Assembly (NCBI GenBank): GCA_021801385.1
Contig: JAJYYC010000002.1
Location: 45,238 to 109,237, forward strand
Direction of reading: 5' to 3'
Length of the DNA: 64,000 nucleotides
Source of the DNA: Candidatus Micrarchaeota archaeon
GTDB taxonomy: Archaea > Micrarchaeota > Micrarchaeia > Micrarchaeales > Micrarchaeaceae
Numbering within the stretch: position 1 is the first letter of the stretch; every line of letters begins with the position of its first letter. Positions 16,662-25,032 of the stretch are shown here, piece by piece. The position numbers and the translations under genes are program-made. The notes beneath the pieces were generated by a model. The model saw only the letters and a program-made list of their open reading frames with translations. It was not told the DNA's origin and ran no database searches.

Positions 16662-17707
16662 CTACCCAATGCGTCTCTTAACAGGACCATCGCCTGGTTT
16701 ATTGTCGGTATTGTGGTTTCGCCGCTTGATGATTTTTTTACTCTCATTTCTGGCATTACTACGAGAGGGGGTATCCTTGCAATCAATCCCTCTTCTTTGA
16801 GCATGGAAGAAACTCCTTCATAGTATGTGTGCATGCACCTTCCGCCTTTCACAATAAACGGATTGAGTGCAAGGCTGGCAAGTACGTATCCGCATAACCT
16901 AGGAGAGCCTCGCTCCGGAGGCTTGCGCTCGGCCGCCTCGCTGCCCATGCGGAAGAGCTCAGCTGATTTGGGCTGCTGCAGCTGCATGCTCAGCGGCACG
17001 TCAATGACGTATTCCGGTATTCTTTGACCCACGGCATCGGATGCAGCATAAAGGAGCGAGAGGTGAATCGCCCTGTTAATCAGGCGCAGCGCCTGCGCAA
17101 AACTGGGCTGTTGGGGCAACGCCGCGATTGCGGCCTCCATCAGCTCCTTTGGTACCTTTAATTCTATGTTCTCAGTATCCCTACGTAGCGCATCCATCTC
17201 ATTAGTACCTAGCGTATTCCTTACCTTGCAGAGCTCCATGCTTCGTTCCTCAGGTTTTAGCGTGCGGCCCAGATCCACTACAGCACCTCCGCATATAAGC
17301 AATCCCGGTTCATAAATGTTGTCTCTACCGACCGTGTTCGTGTCTACTACGGTCCTTAGCTCGGCCATTCTGAGTCCCGGATTTTTGAGAATGAAATTAA
17401 CAGTAGCCGTAACGTCTCCAAGACGAACCAGATCGGTGTTTCCATAGTGCGGGCTGTTATGTATAATCATCCGGTCCTTCATCTCTAATGGTTCTATTTT
17501 TGTTCTTAGCTTTTCCGGGTAAGATGCCTCAATTGCGGGCAGGGTTCTGCAGAGTTCGCCAGTCAGATTCTGGTCTGCTGCCGCTATGAAGCCCGCGCCG
17601 GTTTCTGCGACAAGCTCTCTCATGGTCGCAGCGAACCTGCGCATGGACGATGCTGGATTCTTCCCATTGGTGAAATTTATCGTTTTCATAGTCTCACGGC
17701 TCGGCAT
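16652..17707 (-). CDS. hypothetical 351-aa protein, no family recognised
   Basis: Long ORF translationally coupled to both neighbours (14-nt overlap upstream, about 10-nt overlap downstream). No motif that I can name. Confidence 0.7.
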   Translation of the reverse strand: MPSRETMKTINFTNGKNPASSMRRFAATMRELVAETGAGFIAAADQNLTGELCRTLPAIEASYPEKLRTKIEPLEMKDRMIIHNSPHYGNTDLVRLGDVTATVNFILKNPGLRMAELRTVVDTNTVGRDNIYEPGLLICGGAVVDLGRTLKPEERSMELCKVRNTLGTNEMDALRRDTENIELKVPKELMEAAIAALPQQPSFAQALRLINRAIHLSLLYAASDAVGQRIPEYVIDVPLSMQLQQPKSAELFRMGSEAAERKPPERGSPRLCGYVLASLALNPFIVKGGRCMHTYYEGVSSMLKEEGLIARIPPLVVMPEMRVKKSSSGETTIPTINQAMVLLRDALGRCR

Positions 17708-18083
17708 TGACTTTATTTATGATGCTTAGTATTGTGCTTCCGGATTTTGTCAGAGTAGCTGGCCTGAGGGACCCGCCACCGCTGAATGCTATAAGACCGA
17801 ATTCCCGTAACTTTCTGGCATTGAGCTTTAGGGTGGAAAGAGGTATCTCCTCGGATATGGAAAGCGAACGCAGAACCGAAGTTATGCCTTCGTTTCGGTT
17901 ATAGTAGAGACGCGAGAGTATGATGACCTGTTTCTCGTTTATGGAAGAAAGCAGCAGCTTTGTCAGATCGCCACGCATGCCCATTGGCGTGGCATCACGT
18001 GTTGGCGGTTCATCACTTTTTGATATTGGCTTTTCATCACGCTTCACCTTGACCTTATAGGCATTGTATAAGTTACAGCCCAC
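17694..18083 (-). CDS. winged-helix DNA-binding protein
   Basis: The C-terminal two-thirds (LTKLLLSSINEKQVIILSRLYYNRNEGITSVLRSLSISEEIPLSTLKLNARKLREFGLI) looks like an ArsR/MarR-type wHTH. First gene of the operon. Confidence 0.6.
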   Translation of the reverse strand: MGCNLYNAYKVKVKRDEKPISKSDEPPTRDATPMGMRGDLTKLLLSSINEKQVIILSRLYYNRNEGITSVLRSLSISEEIPLSTLKLNARKLREFGLIAFSGGGSLRPATLTKSGSTILSIINKVNAEP

Positions 18084-18166
18084 ATAATATAAAAGCGTGC
18101 TGGACAGGTTTTTCTGCCCTTCTAACTACGCCCTAAAAGAGACGACTGCAGAGAACCATTATATAA

Positions 18167-18748
18167 TTGGGCGATTACACATATTGCGGTTCTATGCGGC
18201 AAGCAACCAAATCGAACAGAACGGTATATGCGCTGGCGCTCCGCACCCGCGACCTTGTCGCTTACCCGAACGGCTTTGATTTTGCATGCTGCGTCGAATT
18301 CTGGCGTGACGACCTCGCCCGTCCAAAAGTGCACGATGGCATAAGTTCATTGTCGAACGCTCTCGACGCAGTGCCCGGATGGGAGGGCGTTTTTAACGAT
18401 TCGCTGGCTCGAATATCCGAATCGTTCATGAAACTGCTTGACAGTATATCCACTTTTGCAATAGCGCTCGGCGCTACGGGATCCGATGCTGACAGGAGCA
18501 GGATAAGATTTGGCCTCTGCGAAATGGACGATAAGATAGTAACGCCGTTTTGTTCGTTTCTGGTCGAAAGATCTAATGAGATACGCGCAGAAAGTAGAGA
18601 GCACCAATACAATTTCATACCGCCAATCATAAAAAGTGTGTGCACCAATCCGAAATTTGGGGGCTCTGCAAAGATGCACAAACTAAACAGTAAATTAAAC
18701 GCCTTCTCTGCACCTACGCTCCTTAGGCTTGCAAGAGAGAACATCTGA
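18167..18748 (+). CDS. hypothetical protein (strand choice uncertain)
   Basis: The plus-strand 193-aa ORF has a more protein-like composition than the overlapping Ser/Leu-rich minus-strand ORFs (18262..18744, 18347..18679). It starts with TTG, and the first ATG is at 18194. Confidence 0.4.
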   Translation: MGDYTYCGSMRQATKSNRTVYALALRTRDLVAYPNGFDFACCVEFWRDDLARPKVHDGISSLSNALDAVPGWEGVFNDSLARISESFMKLLDSISTFAIALGATGSDADRSRIRFGLCEMDDKIVTPFCSFLVERSNEIRAESREHQYNFIPPIIKSVCTNPKFGGSAKMHKLNSKLNAFSAPTLLRLARENI

Positions 18749-19074
18749 TTCCGATCATTTGGTTAATTATATAAATATAGTTTTTTATATTATTTTTGTT
18801 TAATATATGTTAACCAATTTAAATCTAATCGTTAATTTTGGTTAATTTATTTTGTGGTAGTTTAAAATCTAATTAAAAGCTGCTTTTGCCATAGAAGAAC
18901 CATGTTAATTAACTTATTTTTCACAATACTTATATATATTACACTATCCATATAGTAAGCTGTGGACTGAGGCTATTGGTGCTTAATGCGGTCTTATCAT
19001 ACCATCCAATCCCACCGATTTGCATTGCATTATGCACCTTACCCGGTTCCTCATGTTAAAGTGGTGGAAACAAT

Positions 19075-19356
19075 ATGGCCAATCCGGCAAACAACGCTGG
19101 CAGCGTGAGCTTTAGGAAGGGTTTTTACAGGCTCTACCTGCTAAAGTCGAAGGAGAACATGGATCTGGATCTCTTAGCAAAACGTATAATGTCGCTTGAC
19201 AACGTTTTGGAGGTGTTCCTTACTGACGGAATCGGCGATTACGGCTGTGTTGTGAAGTCCAGAGAGCACGGAAGCACGCCGGCGATGGGAAGCAAAATAT
19301 GCAAAAAGACTGGCATGACAGCGAGCGAGATTATGGCGATATCGTATCGCAGGTAA
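19075..19356 (+). CDS. small stand-alone Lrp/AsnC C-terminal (RAM)-like domain protein
   Basis: LDNVLEVFLTDGIGDYGCVVKSREHG resembles the V.ev..vtG.yD..l.v motif of AsnC_trans_reg domains. A GGTGG lies upstream of the ATG. Confidence 0.45.
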   Translation: MANPANNAGSVSFRKGFYRLYLLKSKENMDLDLLAKRIMSLDNVLEVFLTDGIGDYGCVVKSREHGSTPAMGSKICKKTGMTASEIMAISYRR

Positions 19357-19384
19357 TACTTGGTGTAAATATGGAGTAAACACA

Positions 19385-19825
19385 CTTTATTTAGTAGGCC
19401 TGATATGCGATTCTATTAATCATACTGATACGGCTGATTGTCTAAGGGAATACTCTATCAATCTTGGAATAGCGGGGCAGATAAAGAATGATGTGTATGA
19501 TATTGTCAGGTACTCAAAAACGCGTGGATTGGTGAATCTCCTTAATGGCTACCCGACCTATCCGCTTGCTAAACTACTTGAGCATACTAGCGCAAAAGAG
19601 AAAGATCACCTTGCAGAGCTGTTTAGAGAGGGGAATGCAGAGGAAATAGTTAAATTGATAGAGAAAAGCGGTGTGATAGATGCCTGTGTCACAGACGCAG
19701 AACGGTATGCTGAGAAAGGATACTTGGCAGTGGCTAAATTCCGGCCAGATGAACTAAGGAACGTGCTGCGGCTCTGGATGGAGGGAAACAAGATTAAATT
19801 AGACCGAGGCGAACCAAGTCAATGA
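19385..19825 (+). pseudogene. 3-prime remnant of a trans-polyprenyl diphosphate synthase (IdsA/GGPPS-like)
   Basis: In the frame open from 19319 I read ...LREYSINLGIAGQIKNDVYDIVRYSKTRG..., which matches the lGiAFQi.DD.lD second Asp-rich region (here NDVYD). The C-terminal helices follow. About 200 N-terminal residues, including the first DDxxD motif, are absent, and there is no ATG in frame. Confidence 0.55.
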
Positions 19826-20396
19826 GTAGGGTATCATACGCCTTATAATGAATACATATTATACCTAATCTAGTGGCAGTCTCTATATTTTCTTTGCTGT
19901 CATCTATGAAAACAAGCGATTCTGGGCTGATTCGTATAGATTTTAATATCTCTGTATATATCCTTGGGTCTGGCTTACGAAGAGCCATGTCACAAGACAG
20001 AAATACCCTATCAAAGTTCTTGAAGATCCCACGATCCTCGTTGACCTCCTTATGCGTTTGGTTTGTGTTTGACAGAGCATACACCTTTACAGAGGATCTT
20101 AGCGCGCTTATTAAATTAATCATATTCGCATCGATTTTTGAGTTTATGTGATAGAAGTGTTTATATAGGGATAGAGCCTTTACTGGGTTTATAGCACTGT
20201 CAGCTTGCGTTATCAACATATCCATAGTTTCGAGCATTGTTCCTGTCCCTACCAGTACTTTTTCCTGGTAGAACCTTTTTGTTTCTGGCCCCATTTTTAT
20301 CGAGATTCCAGCTTCGCTCCGCATAGCTTCGTCTATAGCATCCCAGTCAGGTATGAATACAGTGTCCCCCAGATCAAACAGAACCGCTTTTATCAT
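19794..20396 (-). CDS. HAD-superfamily hydrolase (subfamily IA-like)
   Basis: MIKAVLFDLGDTVF (motif I), ALSNT (motif II) and FIDDSKENI (motif IV). Confidence 0.75.
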   Translation of the reverse strand: MIKAVLFDLGDTVFIPDWDAIDEAMRSEAGISIKMGPETKRFYQEKVLVGTGTMLETMDMLITQADSAINPVKALSLYKHFYHINSKIDANMINLISALRSSVKVYALSNTNQTHKEVNEDRGIFKNFDRVFLSCDMALRKPDPRIYTEILKSIRISPESLVFIDDSKENIETATRLGIICIHYKAYDTLLIDLVRLGLI

Positions 20397-20806
20397 AATA
20401 GGTTTGTCTTTTCAAAGCTAATAGAGGTTTGGGCTCAATCTGTAAGGGTTTTGCCATAATCAAGCACATGAGAAATACACTCTTCTAGAAAGGCATGGAT
20501 TTAGGATAAAATACTCTTCTATGGAGCCTTACAATGGCCTTTTCTTTGTCGCCGCAAATAATATACGCTTCATAATGGGCAGTCCACATCAATGAAAAAG
20601 CTATGACCTATTAATTTATCTCCTTGCGCTAGCCTGTGGGATGGCAAGACTTGCCAGCGTATTAAGCTGCAGTATCCAAACCTTATGCGAGATTCTCTCC
20701 TTCGATTGATAAAAATCAGATATTTCGCTTAAAGGATTACGACTTGGATCTTTGTTTTATAGAATCGTCACCTTTTAAAGCATGCTGGACAATAGATATT
20801 GATCTG

Positions 20807-21799
20807 ATGAAAGGGCTCGAATCTCTGGTTAGAAAATATGTGGCCCAGAGGCCTGAGGTATTAGGGTTTACAAGCGACAAACCGGTTCCTGTGCGTATGC
20901 TTCCTAGAACAAGTCACAGCCACGTCAACTTCGTTGCCGGAAGACCGGGAAAGCGTGTTGTCATTAGAGTAAGCGTGCGTTCGGCGAAAAAACATGCGCA
21001 CCTCTCTGATGAGTACAGGGTTCTCAAGGCGATTGAAAGTTATGGAATAGCTCCAAGGCCTGTTGCATTCGTAAGGAACTCTCTTGTCGGGGAACCGTTC
21101 CTCGTGGTGGAGTACATCGAAGGCAATCATATCTCGCACCTAACAGATGCGCGACTTAAGGAGCTTGCTCGGCTCATGTCGCATATTCACCGCATAAAAC
21201 CCGGCAGGCTTGGAAATCTGCGTGACAGAACATCGAAACGAATTGTACTCGCAAGCGCCGAGGTTTGGGCAAGAGAGCTTCCGTTGTATTTTAAGGATAC
21301 AAAAGGAAAAGAATTCGCATCCGTGCTCTCATACATATATGATTCTATTCTTCGCTCTGACAACGGCTTAAGGTACATGATGCGCCTTGTACACCTTGAC
21401 GTCGCATTCGAGAACATACTTGTTTCAAAAGGTAGACTGATGCTTATAGATTGGGAACGATCGTGCATATCTGATCCGTATTATGACATTGCCTCAATGG
21501 TTGACAGGCTCAGCCTTAACGACAGGCAGATAGATCTCTTCCTAAAAGAGTATGGCAGCTCAGGAATGCGTGCTTCACGCAAGAGGCTCGACGCCTTCAT
21601 GAAGATCCTACTCTTGGATCGCATGCTGTGGGCAGTAACCGAGGCCAAGAGGATTAAGTTGAATCTCAAAGGGCCGAATTTCTCAAAAAGCATTAGCTGG
21701 CAGGACTATGAAAGGATCGCAAGGGGCAAGTTCTTCAAGCTGAGGCGCTTTGGTGCGGTTCCTGAGGGTTTGAAGTGGCTGCCCGCCAGGGAATGGTGA
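20807..21799 (+). CDS. aminoglycoside/choline-kinase-type phosphotransferase (APH family)
   Basis: LVHLDVAFENILVSKGRLMLIDWERSCISDPYYDIASM matches the HxDxxxxN ... IDWE ... D catalytic core. The track start at 20744 is TTG, so I prefer ATG 20807. Confidence 0.75.
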   Translation: MKGLESLVRKYVAQRPEVLGFTSDKPVPVRMLPRTSHSHVNFVAGRPGKRVVIRVSVRSAKKHAHLSDEYRVLKAIESYGIAPRPVAFVRNSLVGEPFLVVEYIEGNHISHLTDARLKELARLMSHIHRIKPGRLGNLRDRTSKRIVLASAEVWARELPLYFKDTKGKEFASVLSYIYDSILRSDNGLRYMMRLVHLDVAFENILVSKGRLMLIDWERSCISDPYYDIASMVDRLSLNDRQIDLFLKEYGSSGMRASRKRLDAFMKILLLDRMLWAVTEAKRIKLNLKGPNFSKSISWQDYERIARGKFFKLRRFGAVPEGLKWLPAREW

Positions 21800-21921
21800 A
21801 TTCTTCATTTCTTTCTTGGCAGCAGAACGAGTTATTTATTTGGCTGTACATCCATTTATTTGCAGCCTCTCCTCCTTTAACATCATACATTGGATTTGTG
21901 TTTTCGTTCCTGAAATAATCA

Positions 21922-22788
21922 TCACTTTATCTTGGACGCCCATTCGAGCATTGTCTTTGCCAGCGCCTTTCTCTTCCCTATGAATTGGTGTCCTGTCCCT
22001 TTCATCAGCACTTTTTTGAATGACCTGCTTTTCGTCCTTTTTTCTAGTGTTGAGAGCATCTGATTTACATTTTTGGGGGCGTGCTCCTCTTTTGAGCCGA
22101 ATACCGCAAGTATTGGGCATCTAACAGACGCAAACTCCTCCATTTTTGATTCGTAATTGAAGATTTTTGCTTCTGTGTTGCTTTTTTCCGCATATGATAA
22201 GAACCGCCTTGCGGTATAATATGATATCCATTCTGGCGTCTGCCTCTCCCCTTTGCCGTGCTCTACCATCGCCTTTGCTATCTTTACCGCCTCATTAAAC
22301 CTGTTCCCTAGCTCATTCCTTGTTGAATTGTAATCGTCTACCGGTGCAAGGAGTATAATCCCATTTACCCTTTTATCGTGCGTTTTGCTCATGTAGTATG
22401 TGGCCTTCTGGCATCCTGTGCTATGGCCTGCAAGTATGATTCTTTTGTACTTTAGTTTCTCTGCCACATCTATCGCAGCAGATATGTCATAAATGCAATC
22501 TTCGAACCGTTCTCGTGCTGTGCCAATAAACCTGCTATGCTCGTCGCTTTTGAACGGGAACACAGAGCCGGCTCCCCTATTGTTGGCGCTTAGCACATCT
22601 ATGCTTGTGCGTTGCGCTGTTTTTATCAGCTCATTGATCCATGAAGAGGAGAAGAAGCTTGAGGTCATCCCAAAGATTGTTATTATTACGGTTTGGTTGT
22701 CCTCTCTTGATTTAGATAGTATTCCATGCATCAGCAGGCCGTCCTTTGTTGTGTACTTGACCATTTGGATGTTCTTCAGTATTTGCAC
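21922..22788 (-). CDS. alpha/beta hydrolase (DUF1749-like)
   Basis: Nucleophile elbow GHSTGCQ, with an overall alpha/beta-hydrolase pattern. Confidence 0.75.
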   Translation of the reverse strand: MQILKNIQMVKYTTKDGLLMHGILSKSREDNQTVIITIFGMTSSFFSSSWINELIKTAQRTSIDVLSANNRGAGSVFPFKSDEHSRFIGTARERFEDCIYDISAAIDVAEKLKYKRIILAGHSTGCQKATYYMSKTHDKRVNGIILLAPVDDYNSTRNELGNRFNEAVKIAKAMVEHGKGERQTPEWISYYTARRFLSYAEKSNTEAKIFNYESKMEEFASVRCPILAVFGSKEEHAPKNVNQMLSTLEKRTKSRSFKKVLMKGTGHQFIGKRKALAKTMLEWASKIK

Positions 22789-22806
22789 TTTATCCCTCTT
22801 ATTTTA

Positions 22807-23055
22807 TTATGGACGCCTGTGCTTCTCGCATGAACTTGTTTCCAGGGCGAGATGACGCGCCTCCGATAAACAGAACGGTAGCATTAGATCTGTCCTCATG
22901 TACGCGCCCCTGCGTTCAGATGCAGTCTTTGGCATATTTATCCCGCCAGCAGGTATCACATCGCCGGACAGCTTTGTTACTATTTCCGCTGCTAATTCTA
23001 TCGGTGCTGGGATTAACCGGTTCTCTAAGTGGTTCATGTCCCGAAGTTGATCCAT
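22807..23055 (-). CDS. hypothetical 82-aa protein
   Basis: The minus ORF is preceded by aaaatataataac about 25 nt upstream of its ATG and sits directly upstream of the hydrolase gene. The overlapping plus-strand ORF lacks such signals. Confidence 0.4.
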   Translation of the reverse strand: MDQLRDMNHLENRLIPAPIELAAEIVTKLSGDVIPAGGINMPKTASERRGAYMRTDLMLPFCLSEARHLALETSSCEKHRRP

Positions 23056-23276
23056 ACTGAACCATTGTCAAGGAGCGTTATTATATTTTGGCTTTAGTTC
23101 ATCGGTTCATGCGACATGTTGCTCTGCCACGATAACCATGTCCAGAAGGCATGCGGCATAGCAATAGGTATGCTGTGGTATTGGGCCTCGAACAAATTTA
23201 TCTTTTGCGATTTCTAGATGCCTAACATGTACAGAAGTTTTAAGTAACTAGCCTGGTTCCATTAATAGGTAATTGA

Positions 23277-24002
23277 ATGAAAAAGAGCATGCTATATAAG
23301 GAGCTCGCAGAGTACTACGATCTTATCTATTCATGGAAGGACTACAAGGGAGAGGCAGAAAAGGTCAGGCGGCTGATTGATTCTTACAAGATGAGCGATG
23401 GGAACGAGCTTCTTGAGGTCGCATGTGGAACAGGAAGGCATTTGCAGTACATGAAGCGCTGGTTTGACTGCACCGGTGTTGACAACAGCCGCAGCATGAT
23501 TGATATTGCAAGGAGTAGAGTGAAGGGAGTTAGGTTCGCAGTTGCGGATATGACGACCCTCAGTCTGGGCAGGAAGTTCGACGTTGTATCATGTCTGTTC
23601 AGCTCTATCGGATACGTAAAGAGCTACAAAAACCTGAATAGGACTATTAGCAACTTTTCTGCACACCTTAAAAATGGCGGTGTCTTGGTTGTGGAGCCGT
23701 GGTTTACCAGAAGCAATTATCACCCTGGCATACCGCATATGACCACCTATAATGGAAAACACATAAAAATTGCAAGAGTGAACACCTCCAAAATTGTTGG
23801 GGACCTATCAATAACAGACATGCATTACCTTGTGGCCAGAGACCATAGAGAGGTGAAGCACCTGGTAGACAGGCACGAGATCGGCCTGTTTGACACGCGC
23901 ATAACCCTGCAGTATATGAAGGAAGCTGGACTGGATGTGCGCTACCTGAAGAATGGGCTGATGAAGGATCGTGGATTGTTTGTAGGCACTAAGCGCTCAT
24001 AG
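23277..24002 (+). CDS. class I SAM-dependent methyltransferase, TylM1/DesVI-like
   Basis: LLEVACGTGRH (motif I), VVSCLFSSIGYV and GGVLVVEPWF are the family-typical FSSIG and EPW motifs of sugar N,N-dimethyltransferase-like enzymes. Confidence 0.8.
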   Translation: MKKSMLYKELAEYYDLIYSWKDYKGEAEKVRRLIDSYKMSDGNELLEVACGTGRHLQYMKRWFDCTGVDNSRSMIDIARSRVKGVRFAVADMTTLSLGRKFDVVSCLFSSIGYVKSYKNLNRTISNFSAHLKNGGVLVVEPWFTRSNYHPGIPHMTTYNGKHIKIARVNTSKIVGDLSITDMHYLVARDHREVKHLVDRHEIGLFDTRITLQYMKEAGLDVRYLKNGLMKDRGLFVGTKRS

Positions 24003-24041
24003 TCTATGATTCGGCTACTGCAGCCGATTGCGTTTTAGGTT

Positions 24042-24178
24042 TGGGGTTGCAGGGATTTGAACCCTGACCAACAGGTTACTTCATATTATCCGACTTCCAG
24101 ATTACTGTCATCGCTTTTCGCTCGCATGTCAAATAAACATCTGGAGCCTGCTACGCTGCCAAGTTACGCCACAACCCC
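24042..24178 (-). tRNA. tRNA-Trp (anticodon CCA) with an intron of about 64 nt at the canonical 37/38 position
   Basis: Read by hand. The acceptor is GGGGTTG/CAACCCC, the T arm is CAGGG-TTCAAAT-CCCTG, the anticodon stem is GCAGG/CCTGT and the loop is CU-CCA-G. Intron CTGGA pairs with TCCAG of the anticodon loop, as in bulge-helix-bulge substrates. No encoded CCA. Confidence 0.85.
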
Positions 24179-24191
24179 GTGGATAACACCA

Positions 24192-24203
24192 CTATATAAA
24201 TAG
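24192..24203 (+). promoter_or_regulatory. TATA-box-like element upstream of the DUF929 gene
   Basis: ctatataaatag lies about 30 nt upstream of ATG 24232, consistent with a leaderless or very short leader transcript. Confidence 0.45.
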
Positions 24204-24231
24204 TTTATTTCTTAATAAACCTTGTGATTTG

Positions 24232-25032
24232 ATGGATCCCAAAAAGATTCGTACTTATATAATTTACATCGCATTTGCAATGGTGCTCATTGCGCTGGTG
24301 CTATACCTTACGGTCGGCAGAGCGTCCCAGAATTCCGCAGTATACGGCACCTACGTCGGCCCTGCTGAGTTATCTGCGCTTTATGCCCTATCCCACAATA
24401 CCACCCTTGCGAATGCAGATGGCACTTCTCTATATTCAGGCCTTAACCTTAGCAGTTACTTCAGGCACGTAAGCAACAATCTGACTGCGCCTAGCGTGCC
24501 GACGCTCACCTATGTCGGTGCTGAATACTGCCCATATTGTGCGACCGCACGCTGGGGCCTTATCCTTGCGATGATGCGCTTTGGCAACTTCACAGGCATA
24601 GAATATATGGCGTCAAGCCCAACTGACGTCTATGCTGACACGCCTACGTTCAGCTTTGTTAATGCAAGCTATTCTAGCAAGTATTTCAAGTTCGTCAGCT
24701 ATGAGATAGAGACTCGGAATGAGACCGCGCTTCAGAAGCCTAACGGAACAGCGCTTGCGCTCTTCGACACTTATTCTAACGGCATCCCATTCCTTGCGTT
24801 TGACAACAATATCGTTGCGGACGGCACCCTGATCGACCCAACGATACTCGATGGCCACAACTGGGGCGCCATAACAAGCTCTGCTGCTGTAAAGAACACC
24901 ACAATATCTGATGCGGTGATAGGCGCGGCGAACATCTACACTGCTGAGATATGTAACATGATAAACAACACCGATACCAACGTGTGCGCCCAGAGCTACG
25001 TCAAATCGGTTCAATCGAAGATGGCGCAGTAG
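24232..25032 (+). CDS. DUF929-family membrane-anchored protein with a thioredoxin-like CPYC motif
   Basis: N-terminal TM helix, then YVGAEYCPYCATARWGLILAMMRFGNF, which is typical of DUF929. Confidence 0.7.
   Translation: MDPKKIRTYIIYIAFAMVLIALVLYLTVGRASQNSAVYGTYVGPAELSALYALSHNTTLANADGTSLYSGLNLSSYFRHVSNNLTAPSVPTLTYVGAEYCPYCATARWGLILAMMRFGNFTGIEYMASSPTDVYADTPTFSFVNASYSSKYFKFVSYEIETRNETALQKPNGTALALFDTYSNGIPFLAFDNNIVADGTLIDPTILDGHNWGAITSSAAVKNTTISDAVIGAANIYTAEICNMINNTDTNVCAQSYVKSVQSKMAQ

Noticed and set aside
18262-18744. 160-aa and 110-aa minus-strand ORFs overlapping 18167..18748
   Set aside because: Their Ser/Leu/Arg-rich composition looks like antisense translation, and the plus-strand product has a more balanced composition. 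The strand call remains low-confidence.
18750-19075. Replication origin (AT-rich region with repeated motifs)
   Set aside because: There are no ORB or mini-ORB-like G-rich elements and no adjacent orc1/cdc6 gene. The repeats are short and are better explained as operator or junction sequences.
24085-24141. Possible box C/D guide RNA inside the tRNA-Trp intron, as in some haloarchaea and other Euryarchaeota
   Set aside because: Only degenerate elements are present. GCGATGA stands in for RUGAUGA, and CTGG stands in for the CUGA D box only 7 nt downstream. There is no second box pair and no guide-length spacer.
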